Part shown: positions 1 to 10,781 of the stretch, one piece after another
Layout of the letters: every line of letters begins with the position of its first letter
Numbering within the stretch: position 1 is the first letter of the stretch
Assembly (NCBI GenBank): GCA_030390025.1
Contig: CM059432.1
Location: 137,518,001 to 137,582,000, forward strand
Length of the DNA: 64,000 nucleotides
From: Squalus acanthias
Taxonomy: Eukaryota
Direction of reading: 5' to 3'
The notes under the pieces: model-generated
Database searches by the model: none
Seen by the model: the letters and a program-made list of their open reading frames with translations, nothing else
What the model was told of the DNA's origin: nothing
Made by a program: the position numbers and the translations under genes

Positions 1-135
1 TGAAGAAAAGGAAACATTTACAGGGCTATGGGGGAAGAGCAGGGGCAGTGGGACTAATTGGATAGCTCTTCAAAGAGCCGGTACAGGCACGACGGGCCGA
101 ATGACCTCCTCCTCCTCCTCTGCTGTGTGATTTTA
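1..135 (+). mobile_element. CR1 LINE 3' end fragment
   Basis: GGGCTATGGGG..GAGCAGGG..GTGGGACTAATTGGATAGCTCTTCAAAGAGCCGG..GGGCCGAATG tail, matching the 3' ends of the CR1 copies at ~25400-25510 and ~46890-46997. Confidence 0.8.
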
Positions 136-678
136 GGAAAATCCATTTTGCATGCTCTTGGACTGCTGTGTCTTGACAATTGCAGGCACAGGTGTAGTTG
201 ATGGCTCTCTTCAGCCAGTAATAGCTCAGGGTCAAGATGCCAACTGCAGACTCATCCGTTAACTGTCTCGGGCAGGCATCCTAGAAATGACATTGAAGAT
301 GGTACTCAAAAGACAGTTTTACAAGTAAGCTTAATTCTGTTGGTGTGAAATGTGTCAGTGCCAGGCAAAGGGCAGTAAAATCCAGCAGGCAGTCGATCTA
401 CAACATCGACCCCAGAATTCTGAGCTGTCGACAGTAGGTTGAGGGGGAAACGGAAAGGTGAATAAAACACACTTTTCAAGAAGTATTTTGGTTGGGTTTG
501 CCTTCCCTTCTCCTGACTGGTCATTCACAGGCTACTTGCTTTCATAAGTTCTCCTTTTAAGGAAATCAAGAAGAGTGCCATGACTGTGCGCTATCGTATG
601 TTAGTAGCGCTGCATATGGTGAATTGGGCGATGCAATGTTTTATACCAAAAGGCTTGTTATGCCATGTATCGCACATT

Positions 679-1498
679 GGGGGTTAAATTGGGTCACGTA
701 GCGCCCGTTTTTCAGGCGCTACGCGGCCTCCTAAGCCCCCAACCAGAAGTGTGCCATCCGCCATATTTGGTAAAGACCAAACAAGGCGTCCTTTACCCAT
801 GCCTGAAGCAGGCGTTAGGCCCCTTTGCATATGTAAGTAAGGGGCCTGACGCTTGCCTCAGCTCCCCCGTTGCAACATTGGTTTTCCCCGAGTGCCTCTG
901 GGGAAAGCCAACCCTAAACATCGCGTAAATAAATAAAAGGTAAGTACTTACTGACGTAAGAAAACTACTAGGCACTTGGTCTAAGCGTTAAACAAAGCTT
1001 TAATCAACTGTTTTATAACATGGAGGTCTAGTTGTGTCCATCACTAGTTCTTGTTAAGAATGTCCTGCGCAAGCTGAGCCCGTGCCCGAGTATTTATACT
1101 CTCGCTGAACAGCGCCACCCGCAGGCCACTCAGTATTATTTCATAAGTCTGTCTTTCATGAATGACAGATTCATGTCACTTATCACAATCAGCACCCCGA
1201 TCGCCGCCGCTCTCGGTCCCGAGATCCAGGCCTCCCCTAACCCTCCGATTCCTCCCCCCCCCCCCGCCCCCCCGGCCCACCAATCCCATCTCCGAGGGCC
1301 CGACCCCGAGCTCAAGCACTTACCTCTGGGCCTCTGCACGAGCAGCAGCCCAAATTTGGGGCACCTAACTCCTCCTGCAGCGTATGATGAGGTCCGAGGC
1401 CCAAAACCCTGGACTCCACAGACCTTGCCATTTGTGCGCGGGGGGAATAACACTGGGGTGGGGGCAGGGGGCGGTGCGGCGCTCCGAATTTAACCCCC
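679..1498. mobile_element. Non-autonomous DNA transposon (MITE) with GGGGGTTAAATT TIRs, ATT flanks
   Basis: Left end GGGGGTTAAATTGGG; right end CCGAATTTAACCCCC; ATT at 676-678 and 1499-1501; GC-rich non-coding interior related to 41674-42278. Confidence 0.8.
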
Positions 1499-1946
1499 AT
1501 TATGTTATTAATCTAGTCATTGAGTTGCAGTGCTTGAACAAGTTAAACGCCATTTTTATTGCACGGTAGCCTGGAATTTTTACCATCTATTTTCACGATC
1601 AAATTCTCTCATGGTCTTGATTTATTATATGGACCTTCTATATATGTACTGATTTTTTATCTCTTACTTTTTATTAAATATGCAGCAAGGTGGTAGACAC
1701 CATGCGTCAGGTTGGGGATTGGTACTTGGCATTTACCAGCATATATGAGAGAGAGAGTCATGGGATTGAAAAGAATTGGGGCCCAATGGTTGTTTTTCAT
1801 CAAAAAAAGATTTTGGTCAAATAAAGCTTCCAAAATTTCTTTTGCTTGTTTTCCCTTTCCCAGTGCAACTATTTAGCGAACAAGCTAAGTTGATTTAGAA
1901 TGTGTTCATTTTGCGAGTATGGACAGAGGTCTGTAATTAGCCTTTT

Positions 1947-2160
1947 GGGGTAGAAATCAGAATGCCTTGCGCCTGTACTTCGGGCATAAAGCGGGCGCAA
2001 GCCGCAAAGCACACCGATTGAGCAGCGAGACGGCCTGATCCCGATCTGAGCATGGCGTTGGGCCCACTGCTAAATTTGTCGGGCCCATTATCCTAATTAA
2101 CATATGCAAAGAGGCCTAACGCCTGTTGAGGACACCTCTACAAAACTTGTTACCGATGAA
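1947..2160. mobile_element. Fragment of the G-run-TIR MITE group
   Basis: Starts GGGGTAGAAATC; contains CATATGCAAAGAGGCCTAACGCCTG, resembling the reverse complement of an internal motif of 679-1498; no right TIR seen. Confidence 0.4.
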
Positions 2161-2844
2161 CGGTTGGGGGGTGGGGGGGAAAGGTGTCTGGCAATACAAA
2201 AATGGAACAGTCAGGAATTTGTGGATGTTTTCGTTATGTGTATTTAACCAACTCTTAGAGTGTGGTCTGTCTCTTGCATTGTAGAATGGAGGGACTGCGT
2301 CATCAAATAGCAGGCAGAATGGCCTTCAATAAAGATTCCATTTTTTGCTGTTGAAGCCATTGTTGGAAACTCCTTACTTGCCTGCAGCACATCTCGTGGT
2401 CAGTGCAAGCACTTATTCATACCGCTTGTCCTTTTGAATTAGCTTCTCCCTCAGCTTGAGCGACATCAATCTGGTGGGTTTTGAACGTGCACGATGTCCA
2501 ACAATCAGACACATCGACTTCGGAACGGGTCCATAGCTTTTTTTTTTGTTTTAGAACCTAGAATTGCGGGAAAAATTTCAATTATCAGAGCTACGGGGTG
2601 GGGGGGGGGGGGGGGTAGAAAAGTCAGCTTCCATCCAACCAAGACTTCTTGAATTGAAATACATACTTGGGAGTCTAAACACAACTGTGATAATAAATGT
2701 TTTGTTTATAATTAGTCCAAAATCATTTATATTACATTTTGGACAGGCGTATCGTGAATTCCGAGACCAAGAGCTATCCAGGCAAGAGCTGAACTGTCAG
2801 CTTGCAACTGCTCAAACCCGGAGTCTCCCGGGTGCCTTCCAGAC

Positions 2845-2900
2845 GTAGATTTGAACCTGGGCTCCAGAAGTGAAGTGCAGCACGCTGACCCATTGCACCA
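2845..2900 (-). mobile_element. Old tRNA-derived SINE head
   Basis: Minus strand reads TGGTGCAATGG (A-box like) ... GGTTCAAATC (B-box like); no complete cloverleaf. Confidence 0.4.
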
Positions 2901-3639
2901 TTCAGTTCCTTTTTCTTTATAAGTTACTTGTTGCTGCACTGGGGGGGGGGGGGGGGGGCAGCCTATTCCAACTTTCCCCTTCTCCCTGGGTTGGATAGCT
3001 ACGTGTCAGTTCATTCAAATATCTATTCAGTGTGTGCACGCGCGACACAAGATTGTCTTTGTCCGGCAACAGAATGTTTGTAAAGGCAGAGCTGGTGTTT
3101 GGAAATTGGCTGGAGGCCGGTAGAATATATATTTCTGCTCTGAAATTGGATTTAACGGAGTAGTTGTAATTAAAAAAAAAATTCTAAAGCAGATTAGAAA
3201 TCTCTTCACTTCTTAATTGGGTTTGTGAATGCTGGCATGGAGCCTCGGTTAAGTATAAATTGTTACATAATTCTGCAGATCAAATACTGAGCAAGGGTAA
3301 TTGAGTAAAAAGTGTAGAAGGCTGGGAGCAAATTTGATATGAGGAACATGTTGTTCCAAGGCTCTTGCCAGCCTATTGAAATCTCTGAGCTTCTGAGAAG
3401 AAAACTTAAGAGTATTAATGAAACAGATACATTAAATCGACGTGTCTCGAAAATAACACCACATTGTGAAGGTTCTCTTAATTCCTGTTGTACCTTGTTT
3501 ATATACAACACCTTGAGGAAGCGGAGTATTTTTTATTAATAGTAGTAATGAGCATTTGTTTTCTTCAATTAATTAGGATTAAGCAGCCCTCTTTTCCCAA
3601 GCCGAGGGAAATAAAATCTAAATTGCAAAGTTCAAATCA

Positions 3640-3958
3640 AATCTGTCATTCGGGTGAGACATTAAACCGAGGCCCAGTCTGCCCTCTCAGGTGGATGGTA
3701 AAGATCACACGGCACTATTTCAAAGAAGAGCAGGGGAGTTCTCCCTGGTGTCCTGGCCAATGTTTATCCCTCAATCAACATCGCTAAAAATGGATTATCC
3801 GGTCATTTTCACATTTGCTGTATGAGACACCTTGCTGTGTGTAAATTGGCTGCTGCATTTCCTACATTGGGTACACTTCAAAAGTACTTTCTTGGCTGTA
3901 AAGTGCTTTGGGACATCCTGAGATCGTGAAAGGTGCTATATAAATGCAAGTCTTTCTT
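3640..3958 (+). mobile_element. Deu-domain SINE (SacSINE1/AmnSINE1-like), 5'-truncated
   Basis: GAGACATTAAACCGAGGCCCAGTCTGCCCTCTCAGGTGGATG...GTGAAAGGTGCTATATAAATGCAAGTCTTTC. Confidence 0.85.
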
Positions 3959-4462
3959 TAGAGTGTCTGTTGACATCACTGTGTCAACCAATGAGATGGC
4001 GGGATTGCGGCAAACAGAGTCTATTTCCACAGCAAACAGACTCCATTTAAAAAGAGTCTCTACGAACCACAGCAAACAGAATTCATGACTGAAACTACAG
4101 CAACGTCTCTTGATATAAGCAGGATTATTTCTCCAGCAAAATGCAGTGAGTGGAGGATAGTTACATACTGTAATACAAATGATGTGCGTAAAATCAATCC
4201 CAGTCACTTACAGCAGTGATTGATGGGGGAATTACCCAATCATCGCCATTCTGGCCGGGTATAGTGGTGTCACTCTATGCAGCCATCCTTCTTTTACCTA
4301 TACTATTGTAAAGTATATTGAGGTGGAGTGAAGTGCCTTTCTCTCCACAGTGAAACCCACCACATCTTCCAGCATGACTCTCTCGGGAGTGAAGTGGGGC
4401 CTCACTTGTTAAGCATTTGTATTTTTGTTTCATTTCACATTTGTGTATTTGTTTTATTTCAG

Positions 4463-4550
4463 ACCGGTTCACCCATTAAAACAAACACTGGGAGTAAAAC
4501 GGAGACTCAAAGACTGACCATGGACTCACCAGAGGACAACGAAGTGTTTG
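4463..4550 (+). CDS. Candidate host-gene exon, possibly containing the start codon (ATG 4520; MDSPEDNEVF)
   Basis: Acceptor gttttatttcag, donor TTTG|gtatgt, 88 nt; only one frame is open across it; strong Kozak context ACCATGG; unique non-repeat sequence; ends phase 1. Confidence 0.55.
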
Positions 4551-4747
4551 GTATGTACAGAGCTCGATCGAGTAAAACCTACCCAGCAATACAACAAATC
4601 GTTAATCTATTCATTGGTTGCAATGCAGAATCAATGGATGTGTACCTTTTCTAGAGCTGAAATATTGATGTGACTGAATTTGTCATTAATACTATTAGTT
4701 CTCTCCATTTCAAATCATTGGGAACCCAATGGCTCCTTATCTACAAC

Positions 4748-5161
4748 GAGGGTTGCCACCAATGTTCACTTTAAACTGTGCAGCCATGCAGCGCTCTGGA
4801 GGTCCCAAGCAGCCCAGGACCAGCTTTGCAAATGGAAATTTTGAACGGGCCAGTTAAAGGGGCCGCGCGGCCCCCCCAAAAAAAATTAGAGGGAACATGG
4901 GTTGCCAAATCTTCAGGATTGTCCGGGAGTCGCCAGGAATTAAAGATTAATCTCCAGGACGCTGCTGTGAGCAACACCCGGAAGAAAAATCACAGGGGCA
5001 TTAAAAACTTATTTTTGTTTTCTTTGAACACTTTTGTTTATTGGTTATAAAAATATTGGGAGATATGGGGGTTGGGGGGGGAACTGTTTGACCGGGCGGA
5101 GTGGTTGGAGGTCATGTGATGAAATATCCAGGAATACGCCCAACTGGAGTTGGCCACCCTC
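4748..5161. mobile_element. hAT-type MITE (GAGGGTTGCCA...TGGCCACCCTC)
   Basis: Terminal inverted repeats; 8-bp flanks TCTACAAC / GCTACAGC (6/8); left TIR interrupted by a nested element. Confidence 0.65.
4760..4900. mobile_element. hAT-type MITE (CAATGTTCCCTCTAA TIR family) nested in another MITE
   Basis: CAATGTTCACTTTAA...TTAGAGGGAACATGG; flanks GTTGCCAC / GTTGCCAA (7/8). Confidence 0.75.
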
Positions 5162-5221
5162 GCTACAGCTGTTGATTTTCTCCAGGAGCCGGTCCTCCTG
5201 CCCCCTCTGTCTTTACTCCGA

Positions 5222-5445
5222 GTGGTGAGAATGTGGACACGCTACCACATGCAGTAGATGAGGTGAATAGCATTGATATATTTAAGGGGAAGCTCGATAA
5301 TCACAGGAGGGAGAAAGGAAATAAAAGGAGATGGTGATCAGGTGAGTTGAAGCAAGATGGGAGGAGGCTCGTGTGGAGCATAAGCGCCGGCATAGACCAG
5401 TTGGGCCGAATGGCCTGTCTCTGTGCAGTAAAATTGTATGTAATT
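5222..5445 (+). mobile_element. CR1 LINE 3' fragment
   Basis: AGTGGTGAGAATGTGG..TTTAAGGGGAAGCT..GGAGCATAA..GGGCCGAATGGCCTG, same subfamily as 62185-62585. Confidence 0.75.
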
Positions 5446-5526
5446 CCATGTTGTGGGCAGGGATTCCTGATCTGACTCAAACTATCCCAATATCAGGAAT
5501 TTCCATACACCGCCTTTATCAAGGAG

Positions 5527-5574
5527 TTCTCTCCTGGAGCAAAGAGACTGTTCTCTCCTGGAGCAAAGAGACTG
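5527..5574. repeat. Tandem duplication, 24 bp x2
   Basis: TTCTCTCCTGGAGCAAAGAGACTG occurs twice head-to-tail. Confidence 0.85.
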
Positions 5575-5698
5575 CCTCGGGAAGGATTTGGGACCATTAG
5601 AGAGCGGGGACCAACCAAGATGAGGCACTGTAGTGCTCAGCAGTGATGACACTTTTTTTCTGTTTCTCCTCCCCCCTCCCCCCACCCTACCTCACAGG

Positions 5699-5859
5699 CA
5701 ATGCTCCCCTTAATTTTTTTTGGGTGCGTGGCCCCTTTAAGTGGCTGCACGGCCCATTCAGTTTTGTGCATGTTCGAAATTTAACATGCGAACAGCCAGT
5801 TCCTAGCTGCGTGGGAGTGGCAGACTACGGCACGGCCACGCAACTTAGAGGGAACATTG
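5699..5859. mobile_element. hAT-type MITE (CAATGTTCCC TIR family)
   Basis: CAATGCTCCCCTTAA...TTAGAGGGAACATTG; 8-bp flanks CTCACAGG / CGCACAGG. Confidence 0.8.
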
Positions 5860-6112
5860 CGCACAGGCTGAAAATCCTTGCTGTTTTAGGAAGATTAAGA
5901 GGTGTATATCATGCTGATGCCTTCATAGTACAATTGAGATCGCCTAGCTTTTTATTTATTAGCTGAGGAAAATAGCAATATTATAAACGCTTTGGTGCCC
6001 CTTTAAGGGACGTTTGGCAGCTCCGTTATTAAAGTGAGCCTGGATATCCCATGCAACATCACGTGCATGACTGACCAATGAAAGACAGACAGACAGAGAA
6101 TGAATGAATTGT

Positions 6113-6378
6113 CCCAAATACGCTTTACAGCCAATGAAGTACTTGTGAAGTGGCGTCACTGTTGTAATGTAGGAAACGCGGCAGCCAATTTGCGCACAGC
6201 AAGGTCCCACAAAGAGCAATGTAACAATGACCAGATAATCTGTTTTACTGATGTTGGTTGGGGGATAAATATTGACCAGGACACTGGGGAAAATTCCTCT
6301 GCTCTTCGAAATAGTGACCGTGGGAGCTTGCGCGTCAACCGGAGAGAGCAGACGGGGCCGCGGTTTAACGACTCATCC
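6113..6378 (-). mobile_element. Deu-domain SINE fragment
   Basis: Reverse complement of the SINE body (GGAAACGCGGCAGCCAATTTGCGCACAGC...CGGTTTAACG). Confidence 0.85.
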
Positions 6379-6824
6379 TGGAATATGAATCTGCAAGAAA
6401 ACCCTAAAATAAGCCCTTCCATGTACTTTCTTTGCTGAACTGAATAATTCCTTTAAAAGTATACGAGACCCAGACTTAATTGTCCACAGTTCAGAAGGCA
6501 TTTGTCACCAGCTGCTCCCACATTACTGTGATGACGTTCTGGATAGTAATCTTGTTAAGATTCTTTTTGAGACCGACATTCATTGTAAATCACCCCACTT
6601 CCTTCTCACACACCTAGCTTTTTTCGTTATTATTTGCCCGTTGATTTTTCTCCCCTTTCTCTTCCTCTTTTAAAGGAATTGACTCTTAGTGGAGTACAGT
6701 TCCACAGGCATCTGCTATCCTGCAGCACCTGGCCAAATGGCCATTCCGCAGGCAGCAGGCGTTTGGGAATACCACCACCTCCAAGTTCCCTCGAAGTCCT
6801 GCACCGTCCCTACATGGACATATA

Positions 6825-7034
6825 GGGGGCGATTTTGCCAGTCCTATGGAGGCGGGACTGCCGGGAAAATGGCAGAATCTGGGAGCGGGTATCCATCCCG
6901 CTGCCAACCCGCCTCCATGCCATCTTCCCAGGAGGCGGGTACCTGACCCGCGCTGGGAGCCGCCGAGGCGGGAAGGGGATTAGTGCCAATTAACTGCCTG
7001 TTAACAAAAAATCTTGACAGATGAAACGTCATAC
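6825..7034. mobile_element. Left part of a GGGGC..GATTTTGCCA MITE, truncated
   Basis: Colinear with 9441-10110 (GGAAAATGGCAGAATCTGGG, GGAAGGGGATTAGTGCCA, TTGACAGATGAAACGTCATAC), then ends abruptly. Confidence 0.7.
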
Positions 7035-7144
7035 GCTTTATCATTCAATGATTTTATTCTCAACTGTCTATCTGTCTTTATTTTTTTTTTAAATCAACTC
7101 CTTGTGAAGTGGCTGGCCTCTTGATCAAGACAAGCAATAGAATG

Positions 7145-7695
7145 GTGCCTTTCCACCATCTACAAGGCACAAGTCAGGAGTGTGATAGAATACTCTCCAC
7201 TTGCCTGGATGAGTGGAGCTGCAACAACACTCAAGAAGCTCGACACCATCCAGGGCAAAGCAACCTGTTTGATTGGCACCCCATCCATCACCTTAAACAT
7301 TCACTCCCTCCACCACCGGCGTACCGTGGCTGCAGTGTGTACCATCTACAAGATGCACTGCAGCAACTCGCCGAGGCTTCTTCGGCAGCACCTCCCAAAC
7401 CTGCGACCTCTTCCACCTAGAAGGACAAGGGCAGCAGGTGCATGGGACCACCACCACCTCCAAGTTCCCCTCCAAGACGCACACCATCCTGACTTAGAAG
7501 TATATCGCCGATCCTTCGTCGTCGCTGGGTCAAAATCCTGGATCTCCCTCCCTAACAGCACTGTGGGAGTACCTTCACCACACGGACTGCAGCGGTTCAA
7601 GAAGGCGGCCCACCCCCAACTTCTCAAGGGGCAACTAGGGATGGGCAATAAATGCCGGCCCTGCCAGCGACTCCCACATCCCCTGAATGAATTAA
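7145..7695 (+). mobile_element. Non-LTR retrotransposon (CR1/Jockey-group, second family) RT C-terminus plus 3' tail
   Basis: ORF 7182-7718 EYSPLAWMSGAATTLKKLDTIQGKATCLIG...LHHRRTVAAVCTIYKMH; tail GGGCAATAAATGCCGGCC. Confidence 0.8.
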
Positions 7696-7759
7696 AAACT
7701 TGTACCCCTCGGCATTGAGTGTTGCCAAGACCATTCTACCACGGGGAGGGGAGGGGTCC

Positions 7760-7930
7760 TTTTAGCTTGAGCCCAAATCTATTCTCACCTCATGTCCACA
7801 CACATGCACCTTCTAGCAGGAGTTACTAAACAGTGATCAGGGTGTGTATTTTTCCCCATCCATTCTCTAACCCAGAGGTGCTGATGTCTGTGAAACTAAA
7901 CTGCTCCAACTGAGGTAGACTGAACAGCTC
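7760..7930 (-). mobile_element. Ancient SINE fragment (AmnSINE2-like)
   Basis: Minus strand CCTGATCACTG..AGTAACTCCTGCTAGAAGGTGCATGTGTGTGGACATGAGGTGAG; related to 22690-22850; family name from recalled consensus. Confidence 0.4.
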
Positions 7931-8229
7931 TTTTGTGTTTGCCCCACAAATTGTACCATATTATTTCAATTTCGGTGGAAGAAGTAAGTGAGTTACTGAT
8001 TTAATGAAGCCCTTTATACCTGTTTGTAAATGTAATTAAAAAAAAAGCCATCTGCAGTTTTTTTTAAAACTATTTGATTCTTTAAAATTTATATTTTTTT
8101 TAAAAACCTGTTCTTTTATGTCATACAAACATTCTTACTGAACAAAATTAACATCCTTCACTTGCACTGTTCCCAGTTACAAATCATCGCGGTGCTCCCC
8201 TCCTAACCCATGACAACACTCTGTAATCC

Positions 8230-8560
8230 ATCTTTCGGATGAGACGTTAAACCGAGGCCCCCGGCTGCCCTCTCCGATGGCTGTGAAAGATCCCATGGCA
8301 CTATTTCGAAGAAGAGCAGAGGAGTTCTCCCCGGTGTCCTGGCCAATATTTATCCCTCAACCGACATCACTAAAAAAAAACAGATTATCTGGTATTATCA
8401 CATTGCTGTTTGTGGGAGCTTGCTGTGCGCAGATTGGCTGCCGTGTTTCCCACATTACAACAGTGACTGCACTTCAAAAAAAGTACTTACGAAGCGCTTT
8501 ACAGGCAATGGACGTCCTGAGGTGGTGAAAAACGCTAAATAAATGCAAGTTCTTTCTTTT
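8230..8560 (+). mobile_element. Deu-domain SINE, 5'-truncated
   Basis: CTTTCGGATGAGACGTTAAACCGAGG...AAATGCAAGTTC. Confidence 0.85.
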
Positions 8561-9440
8561 CTCTCAGCAAGCAGAGCGATGCCTGGAATTGAATGCTCCA
8601 CCAGAGAGCATTCTGCCTCCACGGCTGCTCTCTATATTTGATCAGATTTCTGCAGGATTCATTGATTCACAGTGAGAAAAATTGGAGGGAGTCACGGTCT
8701 GTAGTTTGACAGGGTTCAGAGGGAGCAAGGCGGTAATGGTGCTCAGTCCCAACAAGAGAAGCAAACACAGGCCCAACACCAACCTTTTTGGGCCAAGTTT
8801 CTTTTCGTTTCACAGGACTAGTGGTCTCTGTGTTTTACATAGAATTACATGGAATTTGCAGCACTTTCGGTCCATGCCGGTGTTTATGCTCCACACTCTG
8901 TGCTTCATCTCACCCTATCGACATAAGGTCGAGCATGTCCTGTTTTTTAATTCCAGATCTGCACCTTTTTCTCCCCCCCCCCCCCCATTTCCCTCACTTT
9001 TTCACCCTTTTTCTTGGGTTGGTTTCTCGTTGTCTTGACTATTTGTACATTCTTTTGTTTAACGTCATTTAATGCTTTTTCCTGTTGTTTGACTAACGTG
9101 ATCTTTTAACAATCTCCTCTTCATTTAAGTGGGTTGCAGGTCATTAAACCAATTGATTTCATCTCTGTGCTTAAAGTGCCCCCTTCCTCTTTTTAACAAA
9201 ACAAAAATCACTTTATAATGTTTGCCTAGCTTTCGGTTCTTTTCTGAAGAAAATGTTGACTCTCCACAGATGACCTGTTGCGTATTTTCAGATTTTTTAA
9301 ATCTAGATTGTTGAGCTTTTGGTATTTTAAAAAAAAAAAGAAATAATCCCAATTTTTGATCTCCAGTCATGTACCACATTCTCCATTGCTGCTCTCTGTT
9401 GCTATGTCTCTTCCTTTGGGTGGAAAGACAAGTGAGTCCA

Positions 9441-10285
9441 GGGGCGCGTTCTTACCAGCCCTGGGGAGGCGGGTTTGGAGGCTGGGCTGCCGGGAAAATA
9501 GCAGAATCTGGGGGCGGGTGCCCAACTCGCCCCCAACTCGCCTCCGTGCCATCTTGCCAGGAGGCAGGTAGCCGACCCGTGCCAGGTCCTGGCTCCTTGG
9601 AGGCAGGAAGGGGATTAGTGCCACTTATCTGCCTGTTAACAGGTAGTTAACAGGCAGATAAGAGGATTATCCCCATTTTACCCACACAAATGTGGGCTTC
9701 CCGAAGGCTCCAAACCCCGCCAGGGTCACCGAGACGAGTAGTGGGTCTGCGGGGGTCGGAGGGGTGCAAAAGTGCGCTGTGAAGGTAAGTGATGGGTGCA
9801 ACTGTGGAGAGGTAAGTATGTGAGGTGAGTGGAAAGTGCTGGTAAAAATTTACTTACCTTTGTTTCTTCCTACAGGCTTCAATCGGTGGGTATGCGGAGA
9901 GTCTCACCTCCGCGGCAGAGATGACAGATGGCCGCTGCATTCTCCAATGCAACAACCATCTAATTTCTGCTAAAGAAAGAGGTTTGATGAGTCTTGAATT
10001 CAAGAACTCATCAAACTACATAGAATGTCAGTGTTTGACAGCTGCACAGAGCTGTCAAACGATGACAATTCATCTGTCAAATTTTTTGACAGATGAAACG
10101 TCATACACTGACGTTCTCTGTAACCGGCTTCCCCTTAATTGGCCTGCTGAGCCCGCTGGGCGGGCTTAACAAGGTCAATCAAGGGAAAATAGCGTGTGTT
10201 GGCCAGAAGTTGATGGAGGCGGGACTGAAACCCGACAAGTGGGAGTCCCGCCTCCAAAAGCTCCCCATTGGCAAAATCCAGCCCC
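9441..10285. mobile_element. MITE with GGGGC...AAAATCCAGCCCC ends
   Basis: Imperfect TIRs; CAG overlaps both ends (possible 3-bp TSD); related to 6825-7034 and 39524-40150. Confidence 0.65.
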
Positions 10286-10781
10286 AGGTCCTGGATTTGC
10301 CCCCTATCCCCCATCCATGTGCTTTCCCTGCTAACATCAATATTTTAAGCTGAGAGTTGTATTAAACTGATAACCCAGGAAAACGCCTGAGCTGTCAGTA
10401 CTGGAGAGGCCCAAATTTCTAGGCTCAAGTCTCGCTCCTTTAGCACTTGCATCTCACCTCTGCAAACTGTGCTTTGAATTTAGTTTAGTTTCTGTTAATT
10501 TCCTCTGCATTAAATTTGATGAATGAATGTTGTCGATACCTGGAACTTCAGCCTGTGTCCTACTGCACTTTCATACATGCTAACTCCTCGTTTATATGTG
10601 TCACAAGACCTACATTTAGGGCTGTTTTTGAATTCTCGGCTTTTCTGGGGCAGTGCCAACTCTGTTGCAGTTGCTCGTCAACCTTTGCTCGTCTTCTAAC
10701 TTGGCTTGTGTGCCTGTGATTGATGAGTAATGGAGGTCACAGTAGCGTGTGTGTGTGTGCGTGTCAGTCAGTGGCCTTCTA

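Noticed and set aside
1032..1493. 153-aa proline-rich ORF
   Set aside because: Lies inside a GC-rich MITE; prolines derive from C-runs; no domain recognised.
2748..2848. Possible exon AYREFRDQELSRQELNCQ...
   Set aside because: Weak acceptor, no good donor, and adjoins an antisense SINE head.
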